In this document: one piece after another, positions 18,488 through 26,784 of the stretch
How positions within the stretch are numbered: position 1 is the first letter of the stretch
Layout of the letters: the number at the start of each line of letters is the position of its first letter
NCBI GenBank assembly: GCA_003696505.1
Contig: RFHC01000076.1
Span: 1-40,797 of the forward strand
Reading direction: 5' to 3'
DNA length: 40,797 nucleotides
DNA from: Deltaproteobacteria bacterium
GTDB lineage: Bacteria; Desulfobacterota; Deferrimicrobia; J040
The notes under the pieces: generated by a model
Database searches by the model: none
What the model saw: only the letters and a program-made list of their open reading frames with translations
Told to the model about the DNA's origin: nothing
Translations under genes and position numbers: made by a program

Positions 18488-18700
18488 ATGTCGAAAAAAG
18501 TCATCATCTTCGGCAAGAACACGTGACCCTACACGATGCGCGCCCGTGAGGACTTCGCGCGGAAAGGGTACGAAGTGGAATACCACGACGTGACCGCAGA
18601 CCCGTCCCGGAAAGACGAGATGATCAAACTCTCGGGAGGCCGGCAGGTCCCCGTCATCGTGGAAGAGGGGAAGGTAACTGTCGGTTACGGGGGTACCTGA
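18488..18700 (+). CDS. glutaredoxin/NrdH-like thioredoxin-fold mini-protein with in-frame UGA (probable selenocysteine) at the active site
   Basis: The frame reads MSKKVIIFGKNT-[TGA 18524-18526]-PYTMRAREDFARKGYEVEYHDVTADPSRKDEMIKLSGGRQVPVIVEEGKVTVGYGGT-stop (18698-18700). One frame runs through the TGA. The TGA replaces the first Cys of the CPYC-type motif. The cis-Pro context (QVPVI) and the GY tail fit the Grx fold. There is a strong SD. The ORF is invisible in the track because the TGA splits it. Confidence 0.7.
18537..18561 (+). promoter_or_regulatory. candidate bacterial SECIS hairpin downstream of the UGA
   Basis: Lower stem UGCGCG (18537-18542) / CGCGCG (18556-18561), including one U-G pair. 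Upper 2-bp CC/GG stem closing a GUGA (GNRA-type) loop at 18546-18549. The 3' side carries an ACUU bulge. The apical loop lies 22 nt after the U of the UGA. Confidence 0.4.
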
Positions 18701-18714
18701 GGGGTCTGACTTAC

Positions 18715-18733
18715 CTCCCGCCGTGCGCGGGAG
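18715..18733 (+). terminator. GC-rich hairpin after the Grx-like gene (weak terminator or attenuator)
   Basis: ctcccgc (18715-18721) / gcgggag (18727-18733) form a 7-bp stem with a 5-nt loop. It is followed by AAACGGTTTCTC, a poor U-tract. Confidence 0.3.
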
Positions 18734-18766
18734 AAACGGTTTCTCACGAAAAGGAGGTCAAAAGAT

Positions 18767-19393
18767 ATGAAAAAAGGCAAAGGAAGTCTGTATCTGTGCA
18801 TTCTCCTCGCCCTTCTGCTTTCCCTGCCGACGGCAGCGGGAGCTCTCACGAACTCATTTGAGACGGCATCAACGAGCGCTGAGGGGAGCGTGTGGGGGAA
18901 TCTGGGTCTCTCCAGCAGGGACGACTACTTCTCCCTCTTCGTGTCCGGACACTACGGATACACCGAAGCAGTCGAGCTTTCCGCACGGGGCGGTCTCCTC
19001 ACCGTAGACCGTCCGAAGGACGACAAGACCGGTGTCCTCCTCGGAGTGGGTGGAAAAATGAGAGCCGCAATCTTCGGCGACCCCTCATACCCCGAAGTTG
19101 CGCTCTTCGCCAGTTACGACTTCGGATTCGCCGACGGGAAAGCCCTCCACTCCCTCGAAGGAGGGGTCCTGGCATCGAAGAACTTCATGAAGGAAGACGG
19201 GTCCCTCGGAATAACCCCTTATGGAGGTCCCTCCATCGAGGTCCTCGGCGGGTCCCTGAGCGACGACACCGATATCAACATCCACCTCACGGCCGGGGCC
19301 CGGATAACCTTCCAGTCGCAGTTTTCCCTCTCCCTTGAAGCGAAAGTGGGAGGAACCTCATCTTACGGTATATCCCTGAATTATCAGTTCTGA
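18767..19393 (+). CDS. small outer-membrane beta-barrel protein (OmpW/OmpX-size)
   Basis: Signal peptide MKKGKGSLYLCILLALLLSLPTAAGA. The body shows an alternating hydrophobic beta-strand pattern. The C-terminus ...YGISLNYQF ends in Phe. SD AAAGGAGG. Confidence 0.7.
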   Translation: MKKGKGSLYLCILLALLLSLPTAAGALTNSFETASTSAEGSVWGNLGLSSRDDYFSLFVSGHYGYTEAVELSARGGLLTVDRPKDDKTGVLLGVGGKMRAAIFGDPSYPEVALFASYDFGFADGKALHSLEGGVLASKNFMKEDGSLGITPYGGPSIEVLGGSLSDDTDINIHLTAGARITFQSQFSLSLEAKVGGTSSYGISLNYQF

Positions 19394-19415
19394 CAACACG
19401 AACCGGAGGTGTCCC

Positions 19416-19898
19416 ATGTCCCCTTACTCGCAGGAAGTTCTCAAGTACCTGAATCTCGGCATTGAATCGGAACTCCAGGCCTACGTCTTCTACAAGAAGG
19501 TCATGGAGAAAATCAACGACGAGGAGACGCTCGAAGCGGTGAGAAAGCTCGCCGAGGACGAGAAGCACCACTTCCTCCAGCTGGAAGATGAGTACGACAA
19601 GAGCGTTCGCTCTGAGATGTGGGCCCCGTACAGAGACATCATGAGGAAAGAGGGGCTTCCCGACATCGACGAGCACATCTCCGAGACGCACAAGGAACTC
19701 CTGGCGCGGGTCGATAAATTGAAGACGAAGCGGGAAATCTTCGAGGTGGCTCTCGAGCTCGAAAAAGAGGCTTACGAACTTTTCGCCGGGTTTTACGAGA
19801 AGACTGACGATGAAGAAGCGAAAAAGCTCTTTCAGTTCCTCATGAACTTCGAGAAAGGCCACGTCCTGACGGTGGAGAACATGCTGAAGAACCTTTAA
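19416..19898 (+). CDS. rubrerythrin/erythrin-like ferritin-fold di-iron protein (no rubredoxin domain)
   Basis: Two E...ExxH half-sites are present: GIESELQAY...AEDEKHHF and ELEKEAYE...NFEKGHV. The protein is 160 aa. Confidence 0.75.
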   Translation: MSPYSQEVLKYLNLGIESELQAYVFYKKVMEKINDEETLEAVRKLAEDEKHHFLQLEDEYDKSVRSEMWAPYRDIMRKEGLPDIDEHISETHKELLARVDKLKTKREIFEVALELEKEAYELFAGFYEKTDDEEAKKLFQFLMNFEKGHVLTVENMLKNL

Positions 19899-19925
19899 TC
19901 CAGAGAAGAAAAGACAGAAGAGAAG

Positions 19926-19954
19926 AGCCGGGCCATTCAGGCCCGGCTTTTTTT
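19926..19954 (+). terminator. rho-independent terminator between convergent ferritin-like genes
   Basis: agccgggcc (19926-19934) / ggcccggct (19940-19948) form a 9-bp stem with a 5-nt loop, followed by TTTTTTT. It lies 28 nt after stop 19898. It may also act weakly on the minus strand. Confidence 0.8.
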
Positions 19955-20000
19955 ACGCGAGTCCTCAGCTACCCCAGGAAAAAACAGAGGGAACCTTTTC

Positions 20001-20687
20001 TCACCCCTCAACCCACGGCTCGTCAGAGTCGAAGTCAATTTCCTTGGGTGGGCGGTACTTCTTGTTCAACTCGATAACCTCGCTGGAGAGTTTGTACTCC
20101 TCGTAAATGGACGTGAGTTCCTTCATGTGGTCCATTTCGTCGAGCCTTATCGTCCCGATAGCCCACTGAATCTCGGGACTTGAGAACGTGTTGAGGCCCT
20201 TCTCGCACAGCTCGATGGCCTTCTTCTCCCCCTCCAGGTGCCTCTCTATCATCTCCTTCACCGAGATTTTCTCTTCCTTCCGGGCTGATGCAGGCACGGG
20301 CCTGGGCGTGCCCCCCAGTTTTCGGATGAGCTGAGTGAGCATCCGCGCGTGCTCCACCTCCATCGCCCCGAATTTTCTCAACCTCTCGGCGAGTTTCCGG
20401 TCCTCCATGCTGTCGGCGTGAAGGTTGTAGTCGAAAATCCCCTGGTATTCGACGCGGAGCATGGTGTTGAGAAACTTCACGACGTCGTAATTCTCGATTC
20501 CCTCCCCGGCATACCGGGAAACCTCTTCGGCGTCCTTTTCCGCTCGCTCCTTGAGGTCCCGGAGAAATCCCTCCAGGTCGGGCATTTTCGCCTTTTCCGC
20601 CTCGAGAATCTTCAGCACCTCCTCTGCTCTGCCGGAAACCGTCCGGAGAAGTTCTCTGATTTCACCCAGGATGACTCCCTTTTTCAT
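20001..20687 (-). CDS. ferritin-like (bacterioferritin/Dps superfamily) di-iron protein with N-terminal coiled-coil extension
   Basis: Two half-sites are present: LRVEYQG...AMEVEHARML and LEGEKKAIE...RLDEMDHMKEL (E...ExxH twice). The protein is 228 aa. Confidence 0.65.
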   Translation of the reverse strand: MKKGVILGEIRELLRTVSGRAEEVLKILEAEKAKMPDLEGFLRDLKERAEKDAEEVSRYAGEGIENYDVVKFLNTMLRVEYQGIFDYNLHADSMEDRKLAERLRKFGAMEVEHARMLTQLIRKLGGTPRPVPASARKEEKISVKEMIERHLEGEKKAIELCEKGLNTFSSPEIQWAIGTIRLDEMDHMKELTSIYEEYKLSSEVIELNKKYRPPKEIDFDSDEPWVEG

Positions 20688-20754
20688 AATCCCTCCTTCT
20701 CATCTATTTTCCCTATTTATGATTCACCGAAACGAAACGGGTTTCCAGAACTTT

Positions 20755-21942
20755 TCACTCCCTATCGTTCCCCTTCTTTCTGACGTGATTCCGGTACTGC
20801 TCCCCGAACTTCCTGACGGCGACGACGCTCCTCTTCCCCCGGAACATCCGGAGAACTTCGAATCCCACGAAGAGGAAGTAGACCACCACCATCTCCTCCC
20901 TCGTGTGGGGGAGAACGAACTGGACGAACCAGAGGAGGAAGAGGAGGACGGCTTCAAACCACTCCATCTTCATGTTGAGAAGGAAGACGGAGGCGAGAAA
21001 GCTCTGGGCAATGGTGAGGAGAATCTCCACCCGCTGGTGGTGGTCGAACACGACCGTGGAGACCTCGCCCCGGCTCACGGAGTAGACGACGACCATCATC
21101 GCAGGGAGAACCGTCCACTGGTTGATAACAGACGAAACGAGGTTGATCATCGCCATGGAAGCTTTCTTCCCCGTCCGCGCCCAGTAGAATGCAGAGAGTT
21201 TCTCCGGGAACTCCGAGAGGAACGGCGCGACCCACTGGACGAAAACGAACTCGGAAACTCCGAGCGTGACGGCGAGACCCATCATGGAGTGGAGGAAAGG
21301 AGAGGCCACGAGGAGGAGAACGACGCCACCCGCGAGGAACATCGCCGCTACGGTAATCACCTGGTTTCTCTTGCTCAGCGTGAGAATCTTCGCCGGCACC
21401 CAGGGGAGGTCCTCCGCACCTTCCTCCTCGACAGGCGGTATGCGGTAGAGGATGTAGAGGTAGTAGACGTAGAAACCGAAGAGGAGGAGCGCGTCGAAGA
21501 GGGTGAGGGTCCCCTTCGCGAAGATGATGAGGAAATAAAGCGACGGGAGGAAAACCCCTATCACCTCGACGGAGTGCTCGCTCATCAGAACGATTGGCCC
21601 GAAACGCTTCCCGTTCAGGTTCTTCCCGCCGAGCAGGGCTTTGGTGAAAAAAATCATGGGCCACCCGAGACCGATGAGGAGACGGATGGACCCGGTGAGA
21701 TTCGCCACCATGAGGTGGACCTTCTGCTCCCAGGCGATGACTGCCTCCACCATGAACTCGGGGAGGGTCTGCAGCCAGGCGAGAAGAGCAAGGGCAAGGC
21801 CCTGAGAAACGAGAAACTGAGCCGCCTCTGCCGCCCACGCGATGAGGAGCGCGGTAGCCACGACGGTCGGGAAGGTCCACGTCGCGGCGAGAGCCTTTTT
21901 CTTCGCCGCCGCCTTGCCGAGGGAGGCGACCTTCGGATGCAC
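20755..21942 (-). CDS. CaCA-superfamily cation/Ca2+ exchanger-like membrane protein
   Basis: Polytopic 395-aa protein with two alpha-repeat-like motifs, QTLPEFMVEA and PFLSEFPEKL, in the two halves. Confidence 0.7.
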   Translation of the reverse strand: MHPKVASLGKAAAKKKALAATWTFPTVVATALLIAWAAEAAQFLVSQGLALALLAWLQTLPEFMVEAVIAWEQKVHLMVANLTGSIRLLIGLGWPMIFFTKALLGGKNLNGKRFGPIVLMSEHSVEVIGVFLPSLYFLIIFAKGTLTLFDALLLFGFYVYYLYILYRIPPVEEEGAEDLPWVPAKILTLSKRNQVITVAAMFLAGGVVLLLVASPFLHSMMGLAVTLGVSEFVFVQWVAPFLSEFPEKLSAFYWARTGKKASMAMINLVSSVINQWTVLPAMMVVVYSVSRGEVSTVVFDHHQRVEILLTIAQSFLASVFLLNMKMEWFEAVLLFLLWFVQFVLPHTREEMVVVYFLFVGFEVLRMFRGKRSVVAVRKFGEQYRNHVRKKGNDRE

Positions 21943-21955
21943 GAGGAGGCCCTCC

Positions 21956-22456
21956 TCACTCCCTCTCTTCGAGGAGGAGAATCACCTCTTTGATGACCTC
22001 TGAGGCCCGTATGAGGGAATCCACGGAAATCCTCTCGTCGACGCCGTGTATCCTCCCCAGTTCGCTCCTCTCGATGACGCAGGGGAGAATCCCGTAGACG
22101 GGAATGCCGAGCCCCCTGTAATAACGGGAGTCGGTGAAACCCGTCGAGAGGTAGGGAAGGACGACGCTCCCGGGGTAGACCCTCTCCAGGGCAGACCGGA
22201 CGAGGGAGAAGTAATCCGTCACGGGAGACCCGGAAGGTGAGGCCGCGTAAATCACCTCAACTTCGATACCGTCAGGAGAGAGAAACTCTTCTATCTCCCG
22301 CGCCACCTTCTCCGGGTCCTTTCCCGGCAGGATTCTCACGTCCACCGTCGCCTCCGCTTTTGCCGGAATCACGTTTGGCTTGAAACCCGCATCGAGCATC
22401 GTGAGGGCGACGGTGTTCCTCGTTATCGCCTCCATCTCCGGAATGGTCCTCGCCAC
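21956..22456 (-). CDS. M20-family metallopeptidase, C-terminal part (frameshifted; see 22423..23223)
   Basis: TRNTVALTMLDAGFKPNVIPAKAEATVDVRILPG is the dimerisation-domain end. STGFTDSRYY and GRIHGVDERISV are C-terminal metal and active-site segments. The track start is only an internal GTG. Confidence 0.7.
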   Translation of the reverse strand: MARTIPEMEAITRNTVALTMLDAGFKPNVIPAKAEATVDVRILPGKDPEKVAREIEEFLSPDGIEVEVIYAASPSGSPVTDYFSLVRSALERVYPGSVVLPYLSTGFTDSRYYRGLGIPVYGILPCVIERSELGRIHGVDERISVDSLIRASEVIKEVILLLEERE

Positions 22457-23223
22457 CTCTCCTCGAGCGAATCTCCCGTAAGCCCCCTCTTTCTCAACTC
22501 CTCGAGCATGAGCCTCACCGGCTCAGTGATTTCCGGCTGCACTTCCCTCGTGAGGAGCCGGTTGAGCGCCCTGATGAGCCGGGCAGGGGGGTCGGAAGGC
22601 GTGGGGCGGGACCCGTGCCCCGCTCTCCCCCGCGCGGTGAGGCGGAGCCAGACGGGACCTTTCTCCCACACGTTGAGGAGGAAGAAGTCTCCCTCCCCGA
22701 AGAGGCCCTTCACTCCGATGCCTCCCTCGTTGAGCCCGAAACAGTTTCCGAAGATGTTCCCGAAGGAGGAGACGAAATATCCGGCCCCCTCGTCTCCTCC
22801 CACCTCCTCGTCGGGGTTGGCCACGAAGAAGACCTTCTTCCTCAGCTTTCCCTTTTCCGAAATTGCCTTGAGCGCCCCGAAGAGGTGTGCCATGCCGAGG
22901 CCCTTCGTATCGAGGGTCCCCCTCCCCAGCACGAATCCGTCCCTCACTTCTCCGGAGAAGGGGGGAAAGGACCATTCCTCCTCCCTGGCGGGCACGACGT
23001 CCATGTGGTGAATGAGGACGACTCCCGGCTCTTCCTCCCCTCCCAGGTTGACCCAGAGGGATTCCTTCTCCGGCGAAACGCCCCCCTTCTCCGGGGAGAA
23101 ACCGTGGTCCCGGAGGAGAGCTTCGAGGAAATCCACGGCTTTCGAGCAGTCGCCGGGAGGATTCACCGTCTCTATCCTGATGTACTCGCAGAGAGACTCC
23201 ACAAGTTTTTCGTCCAGTGACAT
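22423..23223 (-). CDS. M20-family metallopeptidase, N-terminal part (frameshifted)
   Basis: Metal-ligand motifs: VVLIHHMDVVP (His), GRGTLDTKG (Asp), NPDEEVGG (Glu-Glu). EKGPVWLRLTARGRAGHGSRP marks the start of the dimerisation domain. The frame ends in the nonsense tail WRGPFRRWRR. It overlaps the second ORF by 34 nt. Confidence 0.7.
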   Translation of the reverse strand: MSLDEKLVESLCEYIRIETVNPPGDCSKAVDFLEALLRDHGFSPEKGGVSPEKESLWVNLGGEEEPGVVLIHHMDVVPAREEEWSFPPFSGEVRDGFVLGRGTLDTKGLGMAHLFGALKAISEKGKLRKKVFFVANPDEEVGGDEGAGYFVSSFGNIFGNCFGLNEGGIGVKGLFGEGDFFLLNVWEKGPVWLRLTARGRAGHGSRPTPSDPPARLIRALNRLLTREVQPEITEPVRLMLEELRKRGLTGDSLEERWRGPFRRWRR

Positions 23224-23270
23224 TACCTACCTCCTCTCTTATCCTTATCCGTGCCCGGGTGGGTATGATA

Positions 23271-23867
23271 TCAAAATCTCGCCGTGCCCTTCCTCAATTC
23301 CACGAGGACGAGCTTGATAATCGCCTTCAGCGTCTCGAAGACGCCTATCCCCTTCGTGGCAACCGCTTCAAATTCGGGCACGTTTCGATAGTTCAGGAGG
23401 GAGTGAAGTTCCGAGACAGAAGCGATTTCCTTCAGGTCTCTCTTGTTGTACTGGAGGACGAGGGGAATCCTGTCCAGGTCGTATCCCTGCTCCTTCAGAT
23501 TCACGCGGAGGTTTTCGAAACTCTCCACGTTGGCGTCCATCCGGGAAATCTGTGAGTCCGCAACGAAGACGACACCGTCAACCCCCTTCAGAATCAGCTT
23601 CCGGCTGGCGTCGTAGAAGACCTGCCCCGGCACGGTGTAGAGGTGAAAGCGCGTCTTGAAGCCCCTCACATCCCCCAGGGAGAGGGGAAGGAAGTCGAAG
23701 AAGAGGGTCCGCTCCGTTTCGGTGGCGAGGGATATGAGCTTTCCCCGCGCCTCGGGCTTCATCCGGGAATAGATGTACTGGAGGTTGGTGGTCTTCCCGC
23801 AGAGGCCCGGCCCGTAGTAGACGATTTTGCAGTTGATTTCCCGCGCTGAGTAGTTGATGAACGACAT
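23271..23867 (-). CDS. mglA: Ras-like small GTPase MglA
   Basis: Near-identical hallmarks to Myxococcus MglA: [82 protein letters not shown] and QYNKRD. Confidence 0.95.
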   Translation of the reverse strand: MSFINYSAREINCKIVYYGPGLCGKTTNLQYIYSRMKPEARGKLISLATETERTLFFDFLPLSLGDVRGFKTRFHLYTVPGQVFYDASRKLILKGVDGVVFVADSQISRMDANVESFENLRVNLKEQGYDLDRIPLVLQYNKRDLKEIASVSELHSLLNYRNVPEFEAVATKGIGVFETLKAIIKLVLVELRKGTARF

Positions 23868-23884
23868 CTCGCCCCGGCATCCCC

Positions 23885-24391
23885 CTACTTGAAGAGCTTG
23901 TCGATATCCTCGTCCGTAATCTCCTCGAAGAGGTCTCCGCTTTCCGCTTCCTTCATCTTCTCCTCCACGGTCCGTATGAGGTCGCTTATCTCTCCGCTAA
24001 CCCGGGAAACCTTCAGCCTGACGAGTCCCACCGGAGTGGTCACGTCGAAGATAACGACGAGAATCACCCGGTCCGCGATGAGGGAGATGTGCATGTTGTC
24101 GTGTTCGCCCTGGTGAAAGAGGATGGAGAACTCTTTCTCCCCGATGAGCCGGGCGAGACCTCCGCTGGCCGCGATGTTCCCCGCCGCAAGGGACCCGAGC
24201 GCCGTCGTGTCGTACTCCCCCTCGTCGCCGGCAGAGCAGAGGAGCTGCCCGTTTTTGTCGACGAGGAAGACAACCTTCGCCCTGGCCTCGACGAGGATGC
24301 GGCGCAGGAGGGACTGCATCCGGCGGTATTCCTCTTCCCTGATAATCAGGTGGGTCCCTTCCACTCGATCCCTCCCGTCGGGTTCACCCAT
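23885..24391 (-). CDS. mglB: Roadblock/LC7-domain protein MglB (MglA GAP)
   Basis: It lies immediately upstream of mglA, as in the mglBA operon. Roadblock pattern: [13 protein letters not shown]...[21 protein letters not shown].... Acidic C-terminal tail. Confidence 0.85.
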   Translation of the reverse strand: MGEPDGRDRVEGTHLIIREEEYRRMQSLLRRILVEARAKVVFLVDKNGQLLCSAGDEGEYDTTALGSLAAGNIAASGGLARLIGEKEFSILFHQGEHDNMHISLIADRVILVVIFDVTTPVGLVRLKVSRVSGEISDLIRTVEEKMKEAESGDLFEEITDEDIDKLFK

Positions 24392-24427
24392 TATAACTTA
24401 TCGAATGTGCACGGGAAAAATTAACAC

Positions 24428-25312
24428 TTAAAATTCCACCACGTCTCCGCATCCGACGTACTCGTCCGTCTTCGAACCGAACCTCCCTGAACCGGAGAGG
24501 ACGGGGAGCCCGGCCTCCCTCATTTTCCGCACGGTTACCGTCCCCGTGCAGTGGTTGCAGGCGTACAGGCCGACGCCGTATCCCTTCATTTTTTCAATGA
24601 GAGCGTCGTGCTCCTCCGTCCACTCATCGAAGGGGCAGATGTGGAGCCCCCCGTAAACGCCGTGCAGAGGTTTGCCGGGGAAGAGACTGCGCGCCCTGTC
24701 GAGGAGGTCGAGAATGCCGGGATGGCAGCATCCCGTCACCGTAACCACGCCTTTCCCGGCAAGGTCAACGTAGAACACCTGCTCGTTCTGAACGCGAAGG
24801 AATATCTTTTTCGGGAAGGTGTACGAGAAGATGCCGGGGAAGATTTCGACCGCCTCCCCCGGAGGCATTTCCCGGACCTCACCCCGGTGACCGCTTGCCC
24901 GTATCCTCTCCCTTCCCTTTTCCGTAAATCCGGCGGGAATGAGGAGGAGGAAATCAGGGTTTATCGATGTCAGCGCCGGAAGTCCGAAGAAGTGGTCCAC
25001 GTGCTCGTGCGTAATCGCCACGGCGTCTATCTTCCCCTCGGCGAGAAGGACGTCCACCCCCTCCCGCTTCAGGACTTCCTCGACGTAATTCACGTCCCAT
25101 CCCACGTCGACGAGGACCTTCCTCTCGTTTCCGTCGCCGTCGACGGCGTCGATGAGATTGAGGACTCCGGCCGCATTCCCCGGAGTCCACTTCACCTCGT
25201 ACTGGTCCGTCTCGAGACCGCCCGACTCCCTTATGTCCAGGCGCATCCGCGCGTCATCCTTCCACGCCACTTCGGAGAGGCACTTAACGCGGAGGGACTT
25301 TGCTTCACCCAT
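24428..25312 (-). CDS. metallo-beta-lactamase-fold protein (COG1237-like)
   Basis: HxHxDH motif in AITHEHVDHFFGL. Later TGCCHPG and CNHCTG segments are typical of this MBL subgroup. Confidence 0.8.
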   Translation of the reverse strand: MGEAKSLRVKCLSEVAWKDDARMRLDIRESGGLETDQYEVKWTPGNAAGVLNLIDAVDGDGNERKVLVDVGWDVNYVEEVLKREGVDVLLAEGKIDAVAITHEHVDHFFGLPALTSINPDFLLLIPAGFTEKGRERIRASGHRGEVREMPPGEAVEIFPGIFSYTFPKKIFLRVQNEQVFYVDLAGKGVVTVTGCCHPGILDLLDRARSLFPGKPLHGVYGGLHICPFDEWTEEHDALIEKMKGYGVGLYACNHCTGTVTVRKMREAGLPVLSGSGRFGSKTDEYVGCGDVVEF

Positions 25313-25322
25313 GGGCCACCTC

Positions 25323-26747
25323 CTAAACGTTGAAAACGACGAGCCTGATTTCCGTCATCTCCTCCATGGCGTACTTCAGGCCCTCTCTGCCCATTCCGCT
25401 GTTCTTCACGCCGCCGTAAGGCATCTGGTCAACGCGGAAGGTGGGAATGTCGTTAATCATCACTCCTCCCACCTCGAGTTTCCTGAAGGCATACATCGCC
25501 TTGTTCACGTCCTTCGTGAAGACGCCGGCCTGAAGCCCGTAGATGCTGTCGTTCAGTTTTTCCACGCCTTCCTCGAAGGTTTTGTATTTGTCGATGACGA
25601 CGATGGGCGCGAAGGCCTCCAGACAGCAGACCTTCATGTCGGGAGTCACGTTTGTAATCACCGTCGGATAGAGGACGTTCCCCTTCCTCTTCCCTCCGGT
25701 GAGCACCTTCGCTCCCTCAGCCACAGCTTCCTTGATCCACTCCTCCACTCTCCTCGCCTCGGCCTCGTTTATCATCGGGTTGACGTCCGTGTCAGGGTCG
25801 AGGGGGTTCCCCATTTTCAATTTCTTTGTCCTCTTCACGAACTCCTTCACGAACCTGTCGTAGATTTTCTCGTTCACGTAGATTCTCTGGAGGGAGATGC
25901 AGACCTGCCCCGAGTAGGCAAAGGCGCCCACGATGCAGCGGGGAATGGCGAATTCCAGGTCCGCGTCGTCCTCGACGACGATTCCCGAGTTGGAACCGAG
26001 CTCGAGGGTTACCTTTTTCTTGCCGCATTTCTCCTTTATCGCCCACCCCACAGTGGGAGAACCCGTAAAGGTAATCATCGCCACCCTCTCGTCCGTCACG
26101 ATGGCATCCCCCACGACGGACCCGGACCCGGCCACCAGGTTTATCGCCCTCGGCGGGAGGCCCGCTTTGAGGAGTGTCTCCACCAGGAGAATCGACGTGA
26201 AGGGTGTGGCACTCGCCGGTTTCAGGACGACCGGATTCCCCGCGCCGATTGCCGGCGCAACTTTATGAGCCACGAGATTCAGCGGAAAGTTGAAGGGAGT
26301 GATGGCGCCGATGACCCCGACGGGAAACCTCTCGTAAAAAGCGACCCTCGTCTCGGCACCTTTCGCCGCGCTCATCGGGACTGTTTCCCCGTGAAGCGTG
26401 AGGGCCTCGGCCGCCGCAAACTTGAACGTCTGTATCGCCCTCTCCACCTCTCCGATTGCGTACTTCCACGCTTTTCCCGACTCGAGGGCAATGGTGCGGG
26501 CGAAGAGCTCCTTCTTCGCCTCGATGAGCCTGCTCGTTTCCGTGAGAATCCGGGCCCTCTCGTGAAGCGGCAGGGAGGCCATCGTCTCCCTCGACTCGTA
26601 TGCCGCCTGGATTGCCTTCGAAACCATCTCCGGCGTCGCCAGAGGCACCGTCCCCACGAGGGACCCGTCGTAAGGATTAATCACATCAAAGGTTTTTCGG
26701 GAACTGACCCACTTCCCGTCGATGTAAAGACGACCCCTTTTCGCCAT
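25323..26747 (-). CDS. NAD(P)+-dependent aldehyde dehydrogenase
   Basis: ALDH motifs: PFNFPLNL, VLKPAS, ELGSNSG (catalytic Glu) and FAYSGQVCISLQRIYV (catalytic Cys). The preferred start is ATG 26747 (MAKRGRLYIDGKWV), with GGGAGGAGG upstream. The track start at 26777 overlaps a TATAAT box. Confidence 0.9.
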   Translation of the reverse strand: MAKRGRLYIDGKWVSSRKTFDVINPYDGSLVGTVPLATPEMVSKAIQAAYESRETMASLPLHERARILTETSRLIEAKKELFARTIALESGKAWKYAIGEVERAIQTFKFAAAEALTLHGETVPMSAAKGAETRVAFYERFPVGVIGAITPFNFPLNLVAHKVAPAIGAGNPVVLKPASATPFTSILLVETLLKAGLPPRAINLVAGSGSVVGDAIVTDERVAMITFTGSPTVGWAIKEKCGKKKVTLELGSNSGIVVEDDADLEFAIPRCIVGAFAYSGQVCISLQRIYVNEKIYDRFVKEFVKRTKKLKMGNPLDPDTDVNPMINEAEARRVEEWIKEAVAEGAKVLTGGKRKGNVLYPTVITNVTPDMKVCCLEAFAPIVVIDKYKTFEEGVEKLNDSIYGLQAGVFTKDVNKAMYAFRKLEVGGVMINDIPTFRVDQMPYGGVKNSGMGREGLKYAMEEMTEIRLVVFNV

Positions 26748-26775
26748 GACACTCCTCCTCCCTGTCGTTTTCCTC

Positions 26776-26784
26776 ATTATAACA
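26776..26784 (-). promoter_or_regulatory. candidate extended -10 promoter (TGTTATAAT) for the aldehyde dehydrogenase gene
   Basis: The minus strand reads cctctTGTTATAATgaggaaaacgacaGGGAGGAGGagtgtcATG, giving a ~22-nt leader to ATG 26747. Confidence 0.4.

Noticed and set aside
20551-21993. 480-aa plus-strand ORF and 308-aa alternate-frame minus ORF (20954-21880) over the CaCA gene
   Set aside because: Both are highly charged, low-complexity translations. The 20755-21942 frame gives a coherent polytopic membrane protein with paired alpha-repeat motifs.
21956-23223. M20 peptidase as two genuine genes or as programmed frameshifting
   Set aside because: The metal ligands and the dimerisation domain are divided between the ORFs. 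The second ORF has no independent start or SD, and no slippery heptamer plus stimulatory structure is evident. A plain indel (pseudogene or sequencing error) is the simpler explanation.
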